Source: Nocardioides sp. (GTDB lineage: Bacteria; Actinomycetota; Actinomycetes; Propionibacteriales; Nocardioidaceae). From it: a stretch of 47,396 nt of DNA. The stretch lies in assembly GCA_040512455.1 (NCBI GenBank), contig JBEVFC010000288.1:1-47396 (forward strand), in the 5' to 3' direction. Shown here one piece after another: positions 25,822 through 35,821 of this stretch (positions are counted from its first letter, which is position 1; every line of letters starts with the position of its first letter). The notes beneath the pieces are model-generated. The model searched no databases and was not told where the DNA came from. It saw only the letters and a list, made by a program, of their open reading frames with translations. Both the position numbers and the translations under genes were made by a program.

Positions 25822-26640
25822 TCAGGCTCCGGGGGCGTCGCCGAACCACGTCCCGAAGATCTTGTCGTACCCGCCGTTCTCCTTGAGATCGACGAGCACG
25901 TCGTTGATGGTCCGGAGCAGGTCGACGTTGCCGTCCTTCTTGACCGCCATGCCGTACTGCTCGCCGGTGTCGAACTCGGCCGCCACCGCGAGCCCGGGGT
26001 TGTTCGCCACGACGTCGCCGACCACCGTGTTGTCGTAGACGGCCGCGTCCACCTGACCCTTCTCGAGCGCGGCATCCATCGCCGCGGAGTCCTCGAACGG
26101 GACGATCTCGGCGTCGTCGGGAGCGTTGTCGGTGACGTAGAGCTCACCGGTGGTGCCGCCCTGGACGCCGATCCTCTTGCCGGCGAGGTCGGCGAGCTCG
26201 TCGACCCCGCTGCCCTGCTCCAGGACCAGGGCCTGGGAGGCGTTGAAGTAGGGGCGGGAGAAGTCGAGCACCCGGGCCCGGTCGCCGGTGATGGTCATCG
26301 CCGAGATCGCGACGTCGCACGCGTCGGAGTTGAGGGCCTCGCCGGACTGGATGGCGTCGAAGTCGGTGTCCACGATGGCGGGCTCCAGGTCGAGCCGGTC
26401 GGCCACCTTGTCGACCAGCTCGATGTCGAAGCCGACGGGCTTGCCCTTCCTCATGAACTCGAAGGGCTCGTACGGGATGTCCGTGCACACCGTCAGGGTG
26501 CCCTTCTTGACCAGGATCGGGGCGGTGGACACCGAGCCGGTCTCGGCGTTCGCAGCGCAGCCCCCGGCGAACGCGGAGAGCAGCAGCAGGGCGCCGGCCG
26601 AGCGTCGGGCGCGGCGCCGGTGGCTGGTGGAGGTCGGCAT
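25822..26640 (-). CDS. polar amino-acid-binding protein (SBP family 3), probable lipoprotein
   Basis: Lipobox-like AFAGGC, TDIPYEPFEF, GFDIEL, AMTITGDR...DFSRPY, GVQGGTTG, EQYGMAVKK. Confidence 0.9.
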   Translation of the reverse strand: MPTSTSHRRRARRSAGALLLLSAFAGGCAANAETGSVSTAPILVKKGTLTVCTDIPYEPFEFMRKGKPVGFDIELVDKVADRLDLEPAIVDTDFDAIQSGEALNSDACDVAISAMTITGDRARVLDFSRPYFNASQALVLEQGSGVDELADLAGKRIGVQGGTTGELYVTDNAPDDAEIVPFEDSAAMDAALEKGQVDAAVYDNTVVGDVVANNPGLAVAAEFDTGEQYGMAVKKDGNVDLLRTINDVLVDLKENGGYDKIFGTWFGDAPGA

Positions 26641-26641
26641 G

Positions 26642-27238
26642 TCAGTTCGCCTTCACTGAGAGGGACTGGGTGAGGCGCTCCAGGGCGTACTCGGCGACGC
26701 GGACCAGCGCCTGCTTCGCGGACTCACGGTCGCGGGCGTCGACCTGGATGACCGGGACGTGGGCCGGGAGGGCGAGGGCGGTCGCGACGTCCTCGAGGGA
26801 GTAGCGCTCCGCGCCGTCGAACTGGTTGACGGCCACGATGAAGGGCAGGCCCTTGGACTCGAAGTAGTCCAGGGGCGAGAACGAGTCGTCGAGCCGCGCG
26901 GTGTCGACCAGCACGATGGCCCCGATCGCGCCCAGACAGAGGTCGTCCCACATGAACCAGAAGCGTCGCTGCCCGGGAGTCCCGAACAGGTACAGCACCA
27001 GGTCCTCGGCCAGGGTCAGCCGCCCGAAGTCCATGGCCACCGTGGTGGTCGCCTTGGTGGGGACGGCCCCGAGGTCGTCCACGCCCTCGGACTCGTTGGT
27101 CACCAGGGCCTCGGTCCGCAGCGGCACGATCTCGGACACCGAGCCCACCAGCGTGGTCTTGCCGACGCCGAAGCCTCCGGCGACGACGATCTTGGTAGAC
27201 GCCGCCCTGCGCGAGGCACTAGTAGGTACGTAGTCCAC
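26642..27238 (-). CDS. cvnD: conservon small GTPase (ATP/GTP-binding, MglA-like)
   Basis: GGFGVGKTT, TTTVAMDFG, LFGTPGQRRFWFMWDDL, NQFD, DAR. Confidence 0.92.
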   Translation of the reverse strand: MDYVPTSASRRAASTKIVVAGGFGVGKTTLVGSVSEIVPLRTEALVTNESEGVDDLGAVPTKATTTVAMDFGRLTLAEDLVLYLFGTPGQRRFWFMWDDLCLGAIGAIVLVDTARLDDSFSPLDYFESKGLPFIVAVNQFDGAERYSLEDVATALALPAHVPVIQVDARDRESAKQALVRVAEYALERLTQSLSVKAN

Positions 27239-27599
27239 GGAGAGTCCTTTCGATGAGCTCGATCCGCTCGTCCCTCGACGAGCTCTCGGTGATGGTGGCC
27301 TGCACCTGGACGAGACCCTGCTCGACGAGGTCGCCGAGCAGGACCCGGACGACCCCGATCGGCATGGAGACCAGGGCGGAGACCTCGGCCACGGAACGGG
27401 TGTCGCAGGTGGCCAGGATGTGCCGCGCGGCCGCACTCAGGTCGGACGTGGGGTCTCCCGGCTGCCGGAGCAGGGTGGCCTCCATGGGGAGGTCGACCGA
27501 GGACCGGGTGCGGCCGGCCGTGATGGTGTACGGGCGGATGAAGCGGGCCGACGGTGTCCCGAACAGCTCCTCCGCGCCGGCGGGGTTCTCAAGCGCCAC
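27219..27599 (-). CDS. cvnC: conservon DUF742 protein
   Basis: IRPYTITAGRT, SVAEVSA...PIGVVRVLLGDL, LIERTLRGLR. Confidence 0.92.
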   Translation of the reverse strand: MALENPAGAEELFGTPSARFIRPYTITAGRTRSSVDLPMEATLLRQPGDPTSDLSAAARHILATCDTRSVAEVSALVSMPIGVVRVLLGDLVEQGLVQVQATITESSSRDERIELIERTLRGLRTY

Positions 27600-27611
27600 T
27601 GCTGCTCACCG

Positions 27612-28046
27612 TCAGGCGCCGGTGGCGACGCGGGCCCTGGCCTGGACCGTCCGGCCGACGCGGTCGACCAGCAGTGCCATCTCGTAGCCGACCTGGCCGA
27701 TGTCCGCGGACTCCTGGGTCAGTACGGCGAGGTTCGACCCGTCGCCGACGCTCATCAGCATCAGGTAGCCGTGCTCCATCTCCACGACGGTCTGCAGCAC
27801 GGCGCCCCCGTCGAAGAGCCGGGCGGAACCGACGGCCAGGCTGGCGAGCCCGGAGGAGACGGCGGCGACCTGCTCGGCCCGTTCACCGGGGATGCTGGCG
27901 CTGGCCGCCATGAGGAGGCCGTCTGCCGAGACGAGGATGGCGTGCGCTGCGTCCGTCACCTGGTCGACGAAACGGGTGACGAGCCAGTCCAGGTTGCGCT
28001 CGTCGCCCCCGGACGGGGCGATGCGGCGGCCGTCGTAGTCGTTCAT
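27612..28046 (-). CDS. cvnB: conservon roadblock/LC7 (MglB-like) protein
   Basis: LDWLVTRF...VSADGL...[10 protein letters not shown]...QTVVEM...GYEMALLV. Confidence 0.93.
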   Translation of the reverse strand: MNDYDGRRIAPSGGDERNLDWLVTRFVDQVTDAAHAILVSADGLLMAASASIPGERAEQVAAVSSGLASLAVGSARLFDGGAVLQTVVEMEHGYLMLMSVGDGSNLAVLTQESADIGQVGYEMALLVDRVGRTVQARARVATGA

Positions 28047-30667
28047 GCTGGGCCTGCTTCCGTGTGCTGCGGGTGGGGGGATTGTGTTGCGGCGGAGCGA
28101 CCGCGGGAGACGCCCTGGGCGTGGGCCGCGAGCCGCTTCCGGATGGCCTCGGGGTCACGCGGTGCGACCGTCGTGGGCTTGCTGACGCCACCGGGGACGA
28201 GCAGGGTGCCGGGGCGTCGTACGGGGAGGCCGGTCGGCGTGACCTGGGGCTCGCTCGGCGTCGCGGCGACCTCGTCCGCCCGGTCCCAGCCTGCTTCGAC
28301 CTCGGAGGAGCTCCAGGGCTGCTCGCTGCCGTTGGCGCTGAGCCAGGCCGACCGCATGGCCCTGAAGATCGGGGTGTCGGACTCGTCCTCCCAGTCGGCG
28401 GGGTTTGTCGGGCCGTCGAGCGCGTCCTCCGTGGCTGCGGGCGGCGCCGCCACGGATGGCGCCTGGACCGCGCGCAGCGGGATCACCTCGGCGTGGATGT
28501 CGGGTTCGGCGGCGACGGGGGCGGCGGGTGTCCGCTGGGGCACGAGCGCCGCGGGCGACGCCGAGGCGGGCACCGGTGCGGGTGTCGGTGCAGGCGGGGC
28601 CGGCGCGACGGCCGGGGCCGGCGCGACGGCCGGGTCGGGCCGCGGCGCCGCCGGCGGCGGGAAGGAGGCGCCGGGCCGACGTCGCGGCAGCCCGAGGGCT
28701 CCGTTGATCCGGTCCTCGATGCTCCCGGCCGATTCGGCCTCCCGAGGACCCGTCGTCGACGCAGTGGTCGGCGTCGGCGCGGCCTGGACCTCCGGAACGA
28801 CCACCGATCGTCGCTCCGGGCCCGCGGCCGGCGAAGCCGTCTGCGCCATCGTCGGGAGGATGGCGATCGGCAGGAACACCGTCGCCGTCGTACCGCCCTT
28901 GTCGCTGCGACGAAGGGCCACGCCGATGCCGTGCCGCTGCGCGAGACGGCTCACCACGAACAGACCCATACGGCGGGCCGTGTCGGGCGTGACGTCGTTG
29001 CCGGAACGGAGCGTCTCGTTCATGGCCTCGAGCGCGGACGCGGGGATGCCGAGTCCCTCGTCGGTCACCTCGATCTGGATGCCGTGGCGACGGGTGATGG
29101 AGGTGAGCACCACGTAGGTCGTCGGGGACGAGTACGACAGCGCGTTGTCGACCAGCTCGGTGAGAAGGTGCACGACGTCGGCGGCCGCGGCGTCGTTGAT
29201 CCGCTCGCTGCTGGTCACGCCGACCCGCACCCGCTGGTACTCCTGGACTCCGGCCGTTGCGGCCTGCAGGGCGTCGGCCACGGTGAGCTCGCCCTGTCCG
29301 GCGGCGGGGGCAGGCGCATCGGCGAGGATCAGCAGGCTGTCGGCGGTACGGCGCATCCGTGAGGCGAGGTGATCGAGGCGGAAGAGGCTCTCGAGGCGGC
29401 GTGGGTCCTCCTCGTCCTTCTCGAGCGCCTCGATGAGGCTCAGCTGCTGGTTGACCAGCGCGGTGTTGCGCCGCGACAGGGTGACGAACATGTCGCCGAC
29501 CTGGGCGCGCAGGCTGGCCTCGCCCGTCGCCAGCCGCACCGCCTGCTGGTGCATGTCGTCCACGGCCCGGGCCAGCTGGCCCATCTCCTCCTCGGTGGTG
29601 ACGTCGATCGGCTTGATCTCGCCGGGTGCCTCGCCCGCCCGGATCCGGGCGACCGCCTGGGGGAGCTCCTCGTGCGCCACGGCCAGGGCGCCTTCGCGGA
29701 CCTTGCGGATGGGGGTGAGCAGCAGACGGGAGACGAGGAAGGCCAGGAGCAGGGCGGCCAGCAGGGCACCGAGAGTGAGGGCAGCGTTGGCGAAGGCCCG
29801 GGCCCGGGCGTCGCCGGCCGAGGTGGACAGCTGCTCGTCGATGCCGTCCATCAGCGTCGTGACGAGGCTGTCGTACTGCTTGTACGCTCCGGCACCGCCC
29901 AGGTCGCTGCCCCCGGTGCGGATCTCGCGGGAGCGCTGGGCGTTCTCGGTGCGCAAGGCCGCGACGGCGGGCTCGGAGGAGCCGAGGGCACCGGCGAGTC
30001 GGTCGATGGCCGCACCCTCGACGCCGAGCTCGGCGAAGAGCTCCTGCGACCCGGTGTCGCCGGTGCGGTCGGTGGCGGCGAGCGCCTGCTGCATGGCCAG
30101 CGAGAAGCGACCTCCCAGGGTCTGGGCGAGCAGCTCGAGACGGGGCTCGGGGTCGATCTGGGCGTTGACGATGGTGCCGATGAGCCGGGTCGTGGCGGAC
30201 TGGAGCTGACGCAGCTGGGCCACCCAGGTGCCGGGGCTCAGCGTCTCGGTCCCCGCCTCCCGCAGGGAGCGGCTCAGATCCAGGACCACGTCGACCTGGT
30301 TGCTCTGCTCGGGGGTGAGACCGGCGGCGGTGCGTGCCTCGGTGAGCTTGTCCGCGGCCGTCCCGAGGCCTGTGACGGCCTTCGCGAGCGCGGCCTTGTC
30401 GGCCGTGGTCGCCGACTGTGCGGCGACCATCGCGCGCTCGGCGATCGTCAGGTACGTGACCGCGGGACGCAGCACCGTGACCTGCTCGCTGGTCGCCGAC
30501 GAGTTCGAGGCCTCGGTCAGGTCGCTGCGCACGCGCAGGCCGCCGAGCGTCGCCGCCAGCAGCAGGGGAATGGTGAGGGCGAGGGCGAGCTTGCGGCGTA
30601 GCGGCCACCCGGAGACGTGGAACAGTGAGCGATGTCCGGGGCGGGAGGTGGGGGGTGTCTCACGCAT
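28043..30667 (-). CDS. cvnA: conservon membrane sensor (HAMP + HATPase, histidine-kinase-like)
   Basis: 2 TM helices flanking an extracytoplasmic domain, [34 protein letters not shown], Pro/Ala-rich tail with LPxRRPG motifs and RDPEAIR. Confidence 0.92.
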   Translation of the reverse strand: MRETPPTSRPGHRSLFHVSGWPLRRKLALALTIPLLLAATLGGLRVRSDLTEASNSSATSEQVTVLRPAVTYLTIAERAMVAAQSATTADKAALAKAVTGLGTAADKLTEARTAAGLTPEQSNQVDVVLDLSRSLREAGTETLSPGTWVAQLRQLQSATTRLIGTIVNAQIDPEPRLELLAQTLGGRFSLAMQQALAATDRTGDTGSQELFAELGVEGAAIDRLAGALGSSEPAVAALRTENAQRSREIRTGGSDLGGAGAYKQYDSLVTTLMDGIDEQLSTSAGDARARAFANAALTLGALLAALLLAFLVSRLLLTPIRKVREGALAVAHEELPQAVARIRAGEAPGEIKPIDVTTEEEMGQLARAVDDMHQQAVRLATGEASLRAQVGDMFVTLSRRNTALVNQQLSLIEALEKDEEDPRRLESLFRLDHLASRMRRTADSLLILADAPAPAAGQGELTVADALQAATAGVQEYQRVRVGVTSSERINDAAAADVVHLLTELVDNALSYSSPTTYVVLTSITRRHGIQIEVTDEGLGIPASALEAMNETLRSGNDVTPDTARRMGLFVVSRLAQRHGIGVALRRSDKGGTTATVFLPIAILPTMAQTASPAAGPERRSVVVPEVQAAPTPTTASTTGPREAESAGSIEDRINGALGLPRRRPGASFPPPAAPRPDPAVAPAPAVAPAPPAPTPAPVPASASPAALVPQRTPAAPVAAEPDIHAEVIPLRAVQAPSVAAPPAATEDALDGPTNPADWEDESDTPIFRAMRSAWLSANGSEQPWSSSEVEAGWDRADEVAATPSEPQVTPTGLPVRRPGTLLVPGGVSKPTTVAPRDPEAIRKRLAAHAQGVSRGRSAATQSPHPQHTEAGPA

Positions 30668-30851
30668 GGTGCTCCCGTGAACTCGAGACAGACGCTGCCG
30701 AGTCGGCGTCCGGTCGATTGGAAAGGGGTGATCGGCAATCTAGGGATCGAGCGCCCCGCCCACGTACGTTTTCCGGACAAACGGCGGAACGACGGGCGAT
30801 TTCGTCGCTGCTGGTCTAGATGCCTGATCGGCCCGAACGCGTCGGTCACGT

Positions 30852-30868
30852 TCACCCTCCGCAGGTGA
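30852..30868 (+). promoter_or_regulatory. operator upstream of the DUF2254-antiporter operon
   Basis: (T)TCACC-CTCCGCA-GGTGA(A). TAGCCT at 30891, 22-nt gap. Confidence 0.75.
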
Positions 30869-30913
30869 AGAACGGGCCGCGGGCCTCTTCTAGCCTCCGT
30901 CAGGAACGCGACC

Positions 30914-32341
30914 GTGCGGGGCGCATCGGGCGTCTCACGAGTGTCGATGAGGGCGGCGGATGCGATGGGGGTCGACGCGGCTGCTGGTGGCGGATCCGAC
31001 GCCACCGCGGCAGCTGACCGTGGCGGCTCGACCGTCCGTGCCCTGCGGACCGGGTCACGCTGGACGCACCGGGTCGTCCGTGTCCACGAGTGGGTCCGTG
31101 ACCGGTTCTGGTCGATCCCCGTCGTCCTGGTGGTCGCCGGGGTTCTCGTGGCGGTCGTGGTGTCCCGCCCGGACCTGCTCGGCCTCCCCACGGACTGGGA
31201 CCTGGGCCAGATCGTGCGCCTGCGCACCGCCGACACGATCCTCCAGGTGATGGCCTCGTCGATGCTCACCTTCGTGGGTGTCGTCTTCGCCCTCACCCTC
31301 GTCGGGCTCCAGCTGGCCAGCTCGCAGCTGTCGCCACGCGTCATCCGCACCTTCGTGCGCTCGGGGGTGACCAAGGCCGCCTTCGGCGTCTTCCTGGCCA
31401 ACTTCGCCTTCGCCGTCACCGCCCTCGCCATCGACAACCTCGGCGTCAGCGCGGCGGCGTCGCGGACCGTCGGTGCCGCCGTCGCCCTCCTGGGGGTCGC
31501 CGTCGGGGTGTTCGTCGTCTACGTCACCTCCACCATGCGGCTGCTGGAGGTGGGGTGGGTGATCACCGCGGTCGCCAACGAGGCCCGGGGTGCGCTGAGG
31601 AGCGCCTCGCCGCGCGAGGAGCGGTACGTCGTCGCCGCCGCGCCGCAGCTGACGCGGGACCCGCACCTGGTCCACCTTCCCTCCGTCGACCGCCGCGGCT
31701 ACAAGGGAGAGCTCGGGACTGTCCTCGGCATCGATCGGGCCCGGCTCGTGCGTCTGGCCGCGGCCCACGGCTGCGTCATCGAGGTCCTTCCGCGGATGGG
31801 GGAGTACGTCCCCACCGGCGGAGCGGTCTTCGCGGTGCACGGGGGCTCGTCCCCGGGCGACGACCGTCTCCGTGCCTGCCTGGACCTCGGCCGCTCGCGC
31901 ACCCTCTACCAGGACCCGTCGTTCGGGATCCGGCAGCTCGTGGACGTCGCCACCCAGGCCCTGTCGCCGGCGATCAACCAGCCCTCGACCGCGGTCCAGG
32001 TCATCGACCGTCTCCACGACCTGCTGCTCCGGGTCGCGCGGGCGCCGGTGCCCACCGGCTTCCACGTGGACGAAGCCGGTGTGGTGCGCGTCGTCGAGCC
32101 GACCCTGACGCCGGATCGGCTGCTGCTGCTCGCGTTCCAGGAGGTCAGCCAGCTGGGTGCCTCGTCGTGGCACGTGACCCGGCGCCTGGCCGCGGCGTAC
32201 GACGATCTCGGCACCGAGGCCCCGGAGAGCTGGCAGCCCATGCTCACGCGACTGCGGGAGGCCCTCGAGCATCGGTGCCGGGCCCAGGACTCGTGGGAGG
32301 ACGGCGCCGGTGTGCAGCCCGACCGTCTGGGGCTCGGGTAG
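30914..32341 (+). CDS. DUF2254 family membrane protein (start uncertain)
   Basis: LQLASSQLSPRVIR, RTLYQDPSFGIRQLVDVA.QALSPAINQPSTAVQ. Confidence 0.88.
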   Translation: MRGASGVSRVSMRAADAMGVDAAAGGGSDATAAADRGGSTVRALRTGSRWTHRVVRVHEWVRDRFWSIPVVLVVAGVLVAVVVSRPDLLGLPTDWDLGQIVRLRTADTILQVMASSMLTFVGVVFALTLVGLQLASSQLSPRVIRTFVRSGVTKAAFGVFLANFAFAVTALAIDNLGVSAAASRTVGAAVALLGVAVGVFVVYVTSTMRLLEVGWVITAVANEARGALRSASPREERYVVAAAPQLTRDPHLVHLPSVDRRGYKGELGTVLGIDRARLVRLAAAHGCVIEVLPRMGEYVPTGGAVFAVHGGSSPGDDRLRACLDLGRSRTLYQDPSFGIRQLVDVATQALSPAINQPSTAVQVIDRLHDLLLRVARAPVPTGFHVDEAGVVRVVEPTLTPDRLLLLAFQEVSQLGASSWHVTRRLAAAYDDLGTEAPESWQPMLTRLREALEHRCRAQDSWEDGAGVQPDRLGLG

Positions 32342-32347
32342 GCCGCG

Positions 32348-33532
32348 ATGGACATCCTGAACGAGCTGTTCGAGCTGAGCGTCGTGGTCGCCGTGGCGGC
32401 GCTGGCACCCGTGATCTCGGCCCTGATCCCCAAGGTCCGGGTGCCCCAGGTGGTGATCCTCATCTTCGGCGGGATCGCGATCGGCGAAGCGGGCCTCGAC
32501 GTCGACAAGACCTCGGCGATCCAGCTCATCTCCTATGTCGGTCTCGGGTTCGTCTTCCTCCTCGCCGGCTTCGAGATCGAGCCCGAGGTGCTGCTGGCAC
32601 GACCCGGTCGCCTCGCCCTGGTGAGCTGGCTGGTCTCGGCGGTCCTGGCCACCGCCACCGTGGGGGTCCTGGCGGCTCTGGGGTTCGTGAACGCCTTCGT
32701 GCCGGTGGCCCTCGCGCTGACCACCACCGCGCTGGGCACGGTCCTGCCCATCCTCCGGGAGCACGACCTGGTGCGTGGCGCGGTGGGCCGGTACTTCGTC
32801 GCGTCGGGGGCCATCGGAGAGCTGTTCCCCATCCTCGCGATCGCCATCTTCCTCGGTGTCGACAGCCGACTGACCGCGCTGGTCTCCATCGTGGCGATCT
32901 CCCTGATCGCGCTCGCACTGGCCGCGTCCCGCCGCCTCCTCGAGGGCGGACGGCTGCACGCCATCGTCAGCAGGGGCGCCGACTCCACGGGCCAGACCAC
33001 GCTGCGGTTCTCGATCCTGCTGCTGCTCGTCCTGCTGGTGCTGGCCGGCGCGTTCGGACTCGACGTCGTCCTCGGAGCCTTCCTTGCCGGGGCAGTGCTG
33101 CGGCGCTGGGCGCCGGGCGACACGCACTCCCTCGAGGGCAAGCTCGACGCCGTCGGCTACGGCTTCTTCATCCCGGTGTTCTTCGTCAGCTCCGGCATGA
33201 GTGTCGATGTGAACTCCATCGTCGAGGCGCCGGCCCGGATGTTCGTCTTCCTCGCCCTGCTGCTCGCCGTACGCGGGCTTCCGGTGCTGGCCGTCTACCG
33301 GAAGGCCCTGCAGATCCGGCAACGCACCCAGCTGATGCTGTGCACGGCCACCACGCTCCCGCTGATCGTGGCGCTCACCGAGATCGGTCTCGCCAACGGC
33401 ACCATGCGGACCGAGAATGCGGCCGCCCTCGTGGGCGCCGGCGTCCTCTCGGTGTTGGTCTTCCCCGCGATCGCCGTCCCGCTGGCGCCTCCCGCTCCGA
33501 GGGACGAGGCCCCGGCGTCACCGGAGCACTAG
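32348..33532 (+). CDS. cation:proton antiporter (CPA2/Kef-like)
   Basis: About 12 TM helices. GLGFVFLLAGFEI, TTALG, LGAFLAG, GFFIPVFFVSSG, TTLPL. Confidence 0.9.
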   Translation: MDILNELFELSVVVAVAALAPVISALIPKVRVPQVVILIFGGIAIGEAGLDVDKTSAIQLISYVGLGFVFLLAGFEIEPEVLLARPGRLALVSWLVSAVLATATVGVLAALGFVNAFVPVALALTTTALGTVLPILREHDLVRGAVGRYFVASGAIGELFPILAIAIFLGVDSRLTALVSIVAISLIALALAASRRLLEGGRLHAIVSRGADSTGQTTLRFSILLLLVLLVLAGAFGLDVVLGAFLAGAVLRRWAPGDTHSLEGKLDAVGYGFFIPVFFVSSGMSVDVNSIVEAPARMFVFLALLLAVRGLPVLAVYRKALQIRQRTQLMLCTATTLPLIVALTEIGLANGTMRTENAAALVGAGVLSVLVFPAIAVPLAPPAPRDEAPASPEH

Positions 33533-33807
33533 GAGACGGCGGAGGGGTGCGTGGCTAGTGGGGTGACCGTGATCGCCATGTAGGGGAACAGCGGAAGGTT
33601 CGACAGCAGGTCGTGCAGCTGGTCGTGGCTGTCGACGTCGAAGATGCTGATGTTGGCGTACTCGCCGGCGATCCGCCACAGGTGCAGCCAGGTGCCGGCG
33701 CGCTGGAGCTCCTGACTGTAGGCCTTCTCCCTGGCCACGACCTCGGCCCGGACGCCCGGGTCGAGGTCGTGGGGGACGCGGACGTCCATCCGCACGTGAT
33801 ACAGCAC
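33529..33807 (-). CDS. catC: muconolactone delta-isomerase
   Basis: MLYHVRMDV...REKAYSQELQR.G.W.HLWRIAGEYANISIFDV...LPLFPYM...PLATHPS. Confidence 0.96.
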   Translation of the reverse strand: MLYHVRMDVRVPHDLDPGVRAEVVAREKAYSQELQRAGTWLHLWRIAGEYANISIFDVDSHDQLHDLLSNLPLFPYMAITVTPLATHPSAVS

Positions 33808-33812
33808 CTCGG

Positions 33813-34673
33813 TCAGCCCCGCACCGGGTCGAGGACGAAGTCGTACTGCACGGTGACGCCGGAGCCGTCGGCCGCGGGCTTCGGGTCGAGGATCAGCTCG
33901 GGCTTCACCGCCGAGGCGATGTCGTCGTCATTGTGCTCGTCGCCGGGGAAGTAGAGCTGGGCGGTGAGCAGCTCGTGGCCCGCCGCCGAGGCCTTGACGT
34001 GCAGGTGGGCGGGCCGCCAGGCGTGCCACCCGGCCGCGGCGACGAGCTTGCCGCAGGAGCCGTCCGTCGGGATCTGGTACGGCGCCGGCTGGATCGTGTG
34101 GATCTCGAACGCGCCGTCGTCGCCCACGGTGAACGAGCCGCGCAGGTTCCACTCGGGGATGTTCGGGGCGAACTGCGAGTAGAAGCCGTCGTCGTCGGCG
34201 TGCCAGACCTCCACCTTGGCTCCGGCGAGCGGGGTGCCGTCGGTGGACCTCACCGTCCCGGTCCAGGTCAGCGGCGTGCCGGGCTCGTCGTCGCGCATGG
34301 GGATGGTGCCGTTCGCGCCCTGCTCGGGCGCGTCGGGCACGTAGTACGGCCCCTCGATCGAGCCCTTGTTGCCCTCGCGGTGCTCGGTCGCGACCTCCTC
34401 TACGACGTGCTCGAGCCACACGTCGAGGAAGAGCGGCCACTCCCCGTCCTGGCCGACGCCGATCAGCCACGCCTTGAGCGCGTTGAACTCGTCGTAGCTG
34501 ACCTTGTGCCTGCGGATGGTGGCGTAGACGGCGTCGAGCACCTCGCGGGCGAGCAGGTCCACCCGCTCGGCCGGGGTGTCGCGGACGGCGTCGTACGGCG
34601 ACTTGTCGTGGATGAAGTGGTCGGTGGCGCTCGCGCCGGAGGCGGCGGCGGTGGCGGACTCGGTGACGGTCAT
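33813..34673 (-). CDS. catA: catechol 1,2-dioxygenase
   Basis: GEWPLFLDV, IEGPYY, WHADDDGFYSQ, PYQIPTDG, WRPAHLH. SD AGGAG. Confidence 0.95.
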   Translation of the reverse strand: MTVTESATAAASGASATDHFIHDKSPYDAVRDTPAERVDLLAREVLDAVYATIRRHKVSYDEFNALKAWLIGVGQDGEWPLFLDVWLEHVVEEVATEHREGNKGSIEGPYYVPDAPEQGANGTIPMRDDEPGTPLTWTGTVRSTDGTPLAGAKVEVWHADDDGFYSQFAPNIPEWNLRGSFTVGDDGAFEIHTIQPAPYQIPTDGSCGKLVAAAGWHAWRPAHLHVKASAAGHELLTAQLYFPGDEHNDDDIASAVKPELILDPKPAADGSGVTVQYDFVLDPVRG

Positions 34674-34720
34674 GTCGGTTCTCCTCGGGTGGTGCGGTTG
34701 CGGTCGGGTGTGGGTCGTGC

Positions 34721-35821
34721 TCAGTCGGTGCGGTAGTGCGCGAGCTTGTCCTCGTCGATCTGCACGCCCAGGCCTGCGCCCGGGCGGACGGCGAGCTCGC
34801 CGCCGCTGATCTCGATCGGTTCGGTGAGCAGGTCGTCGCTCATGTCCAGGAAGTTCGAGAGCTCCCCTGCACGGCGGGAGGTGAGCTCGAAGGCGGAGCC
34901 GAAGGCCACGGTGGCCATCGAGCCGAGCTGGCCGTCGATCTGGTTGCCCATGACGACCTCGAGGCCGAGCCCCTCGCACAGGTGATGGGTGCGGCGCGAC
35001 ACGGTGAAGCCGGTGCGCGACACCTTGATGCTGACCGCCGTGGCGGACCCGCCGAGGATCTCGCGGGTGACGTCCGCGGGGGTGACCGCGCTCTCGTCGG
35101 CGATGAACGGGATCGGGCACCGTTGCACCAGCCAGCGCCGGCCGAGGACGTCGTCCGCCGGGCAGAGCTCCTCGGCGAAGGTGAGGCCGAGGTCGGCCAT
35201 CTCGTCCAGGGCCCGGGCGGACTCGGACGCGGACCACCCGCGGTTGCCGTCGACGTACAGCTCGACGTCGTCGCCGAGGCCCTCGCGCAGGGCCCGCACG
35301 ACAGCCGTGTCCAGGGTGAACGGGCGACGTCCGACCTTCACCTTGTACGTCGTGATGCCGTACGTCGCACGCATGCGCAGCGCCTCGTCGACCATGGCGG
35401 CCGGCTCGTCGAAGCCGAGCATGTGCGAGACCCGCATCCGGTCCGTGAAACCGCCGAGCAGGGTGCTCACCGGCTGGTCCACCGACTTGCCGAGCGCGTC
35501 CCAGACGGCCATGTCGACCGCCGACTTCGCGGCCGGGTTGCCGACGGTCCGGCCGAGCCGGGCCTGCATCTGCTCGCGCTCCCACAGGCTCAGGCCGACC
35601 AGCGCCGGGGCGAAGATGTCCTCGACCGCCGCGATCACGCTGGCCTGGGTCTCGCCGTAGGTGAACGGCCGCGGGGGTGCGTCGGCCACCCCGACGACAC
35701 CGTCGTCGGTGTGCACCCGCACCAGCACGTGCTCGGCGACGTGCACCTCGCCGCTGGCGAAGCGCAGGGGCTTGCGGTAGGCGATCGCGTAGGGGATCGC
35801 CTCGATCCGGTTGATCTTCAT
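34721..35821 (-). CDS. catB: muconate cycloisomerase
   Basis: Enolase superfamily (KVKVG, VDGN, EE, ADES, SIK). KPLRFASG N-terminus. Located in the cat cluster. Confidence 0.92.
   Translation of the reverse strand: MKINRIEAIPYAIAYRKPLRFASGEVHVAEHVLVRVHTDDGVVGVADAPPRPFTYGETQASVIAAVEDIFAPALVGLSLWEREQMQARLGRTVGNPAAKSAVDMAVWDALGKSVDQPVSTLLGGFTDRMRVSHMLGFDEPAAMVDEALRMRATYGITTYKVKVGRRPFTLDTAVVRALREGLGDDVELYVDGNRGWSASESARALDEMADLGLTFAEELCPADDVLGRRWLVQRCPIPFIADESAVTPADVTREILGGSATAVSIKVSRTGFTVSRRTHHLCEGLGLEVVMGNQIDGQLGSMATVAFGSAFELTSRRAGELSNFLDMSDDLLTEPIEISGGELAVRPGAGLGVQIDEDKLAHYRTD

Noticed and set aside
28540-28660. Short tandem repeats in cvnA (about 18 bp, PAVAPA)
   Set aside because: Coding repeats of the Pro/Ala linker usual in CvnA tails.
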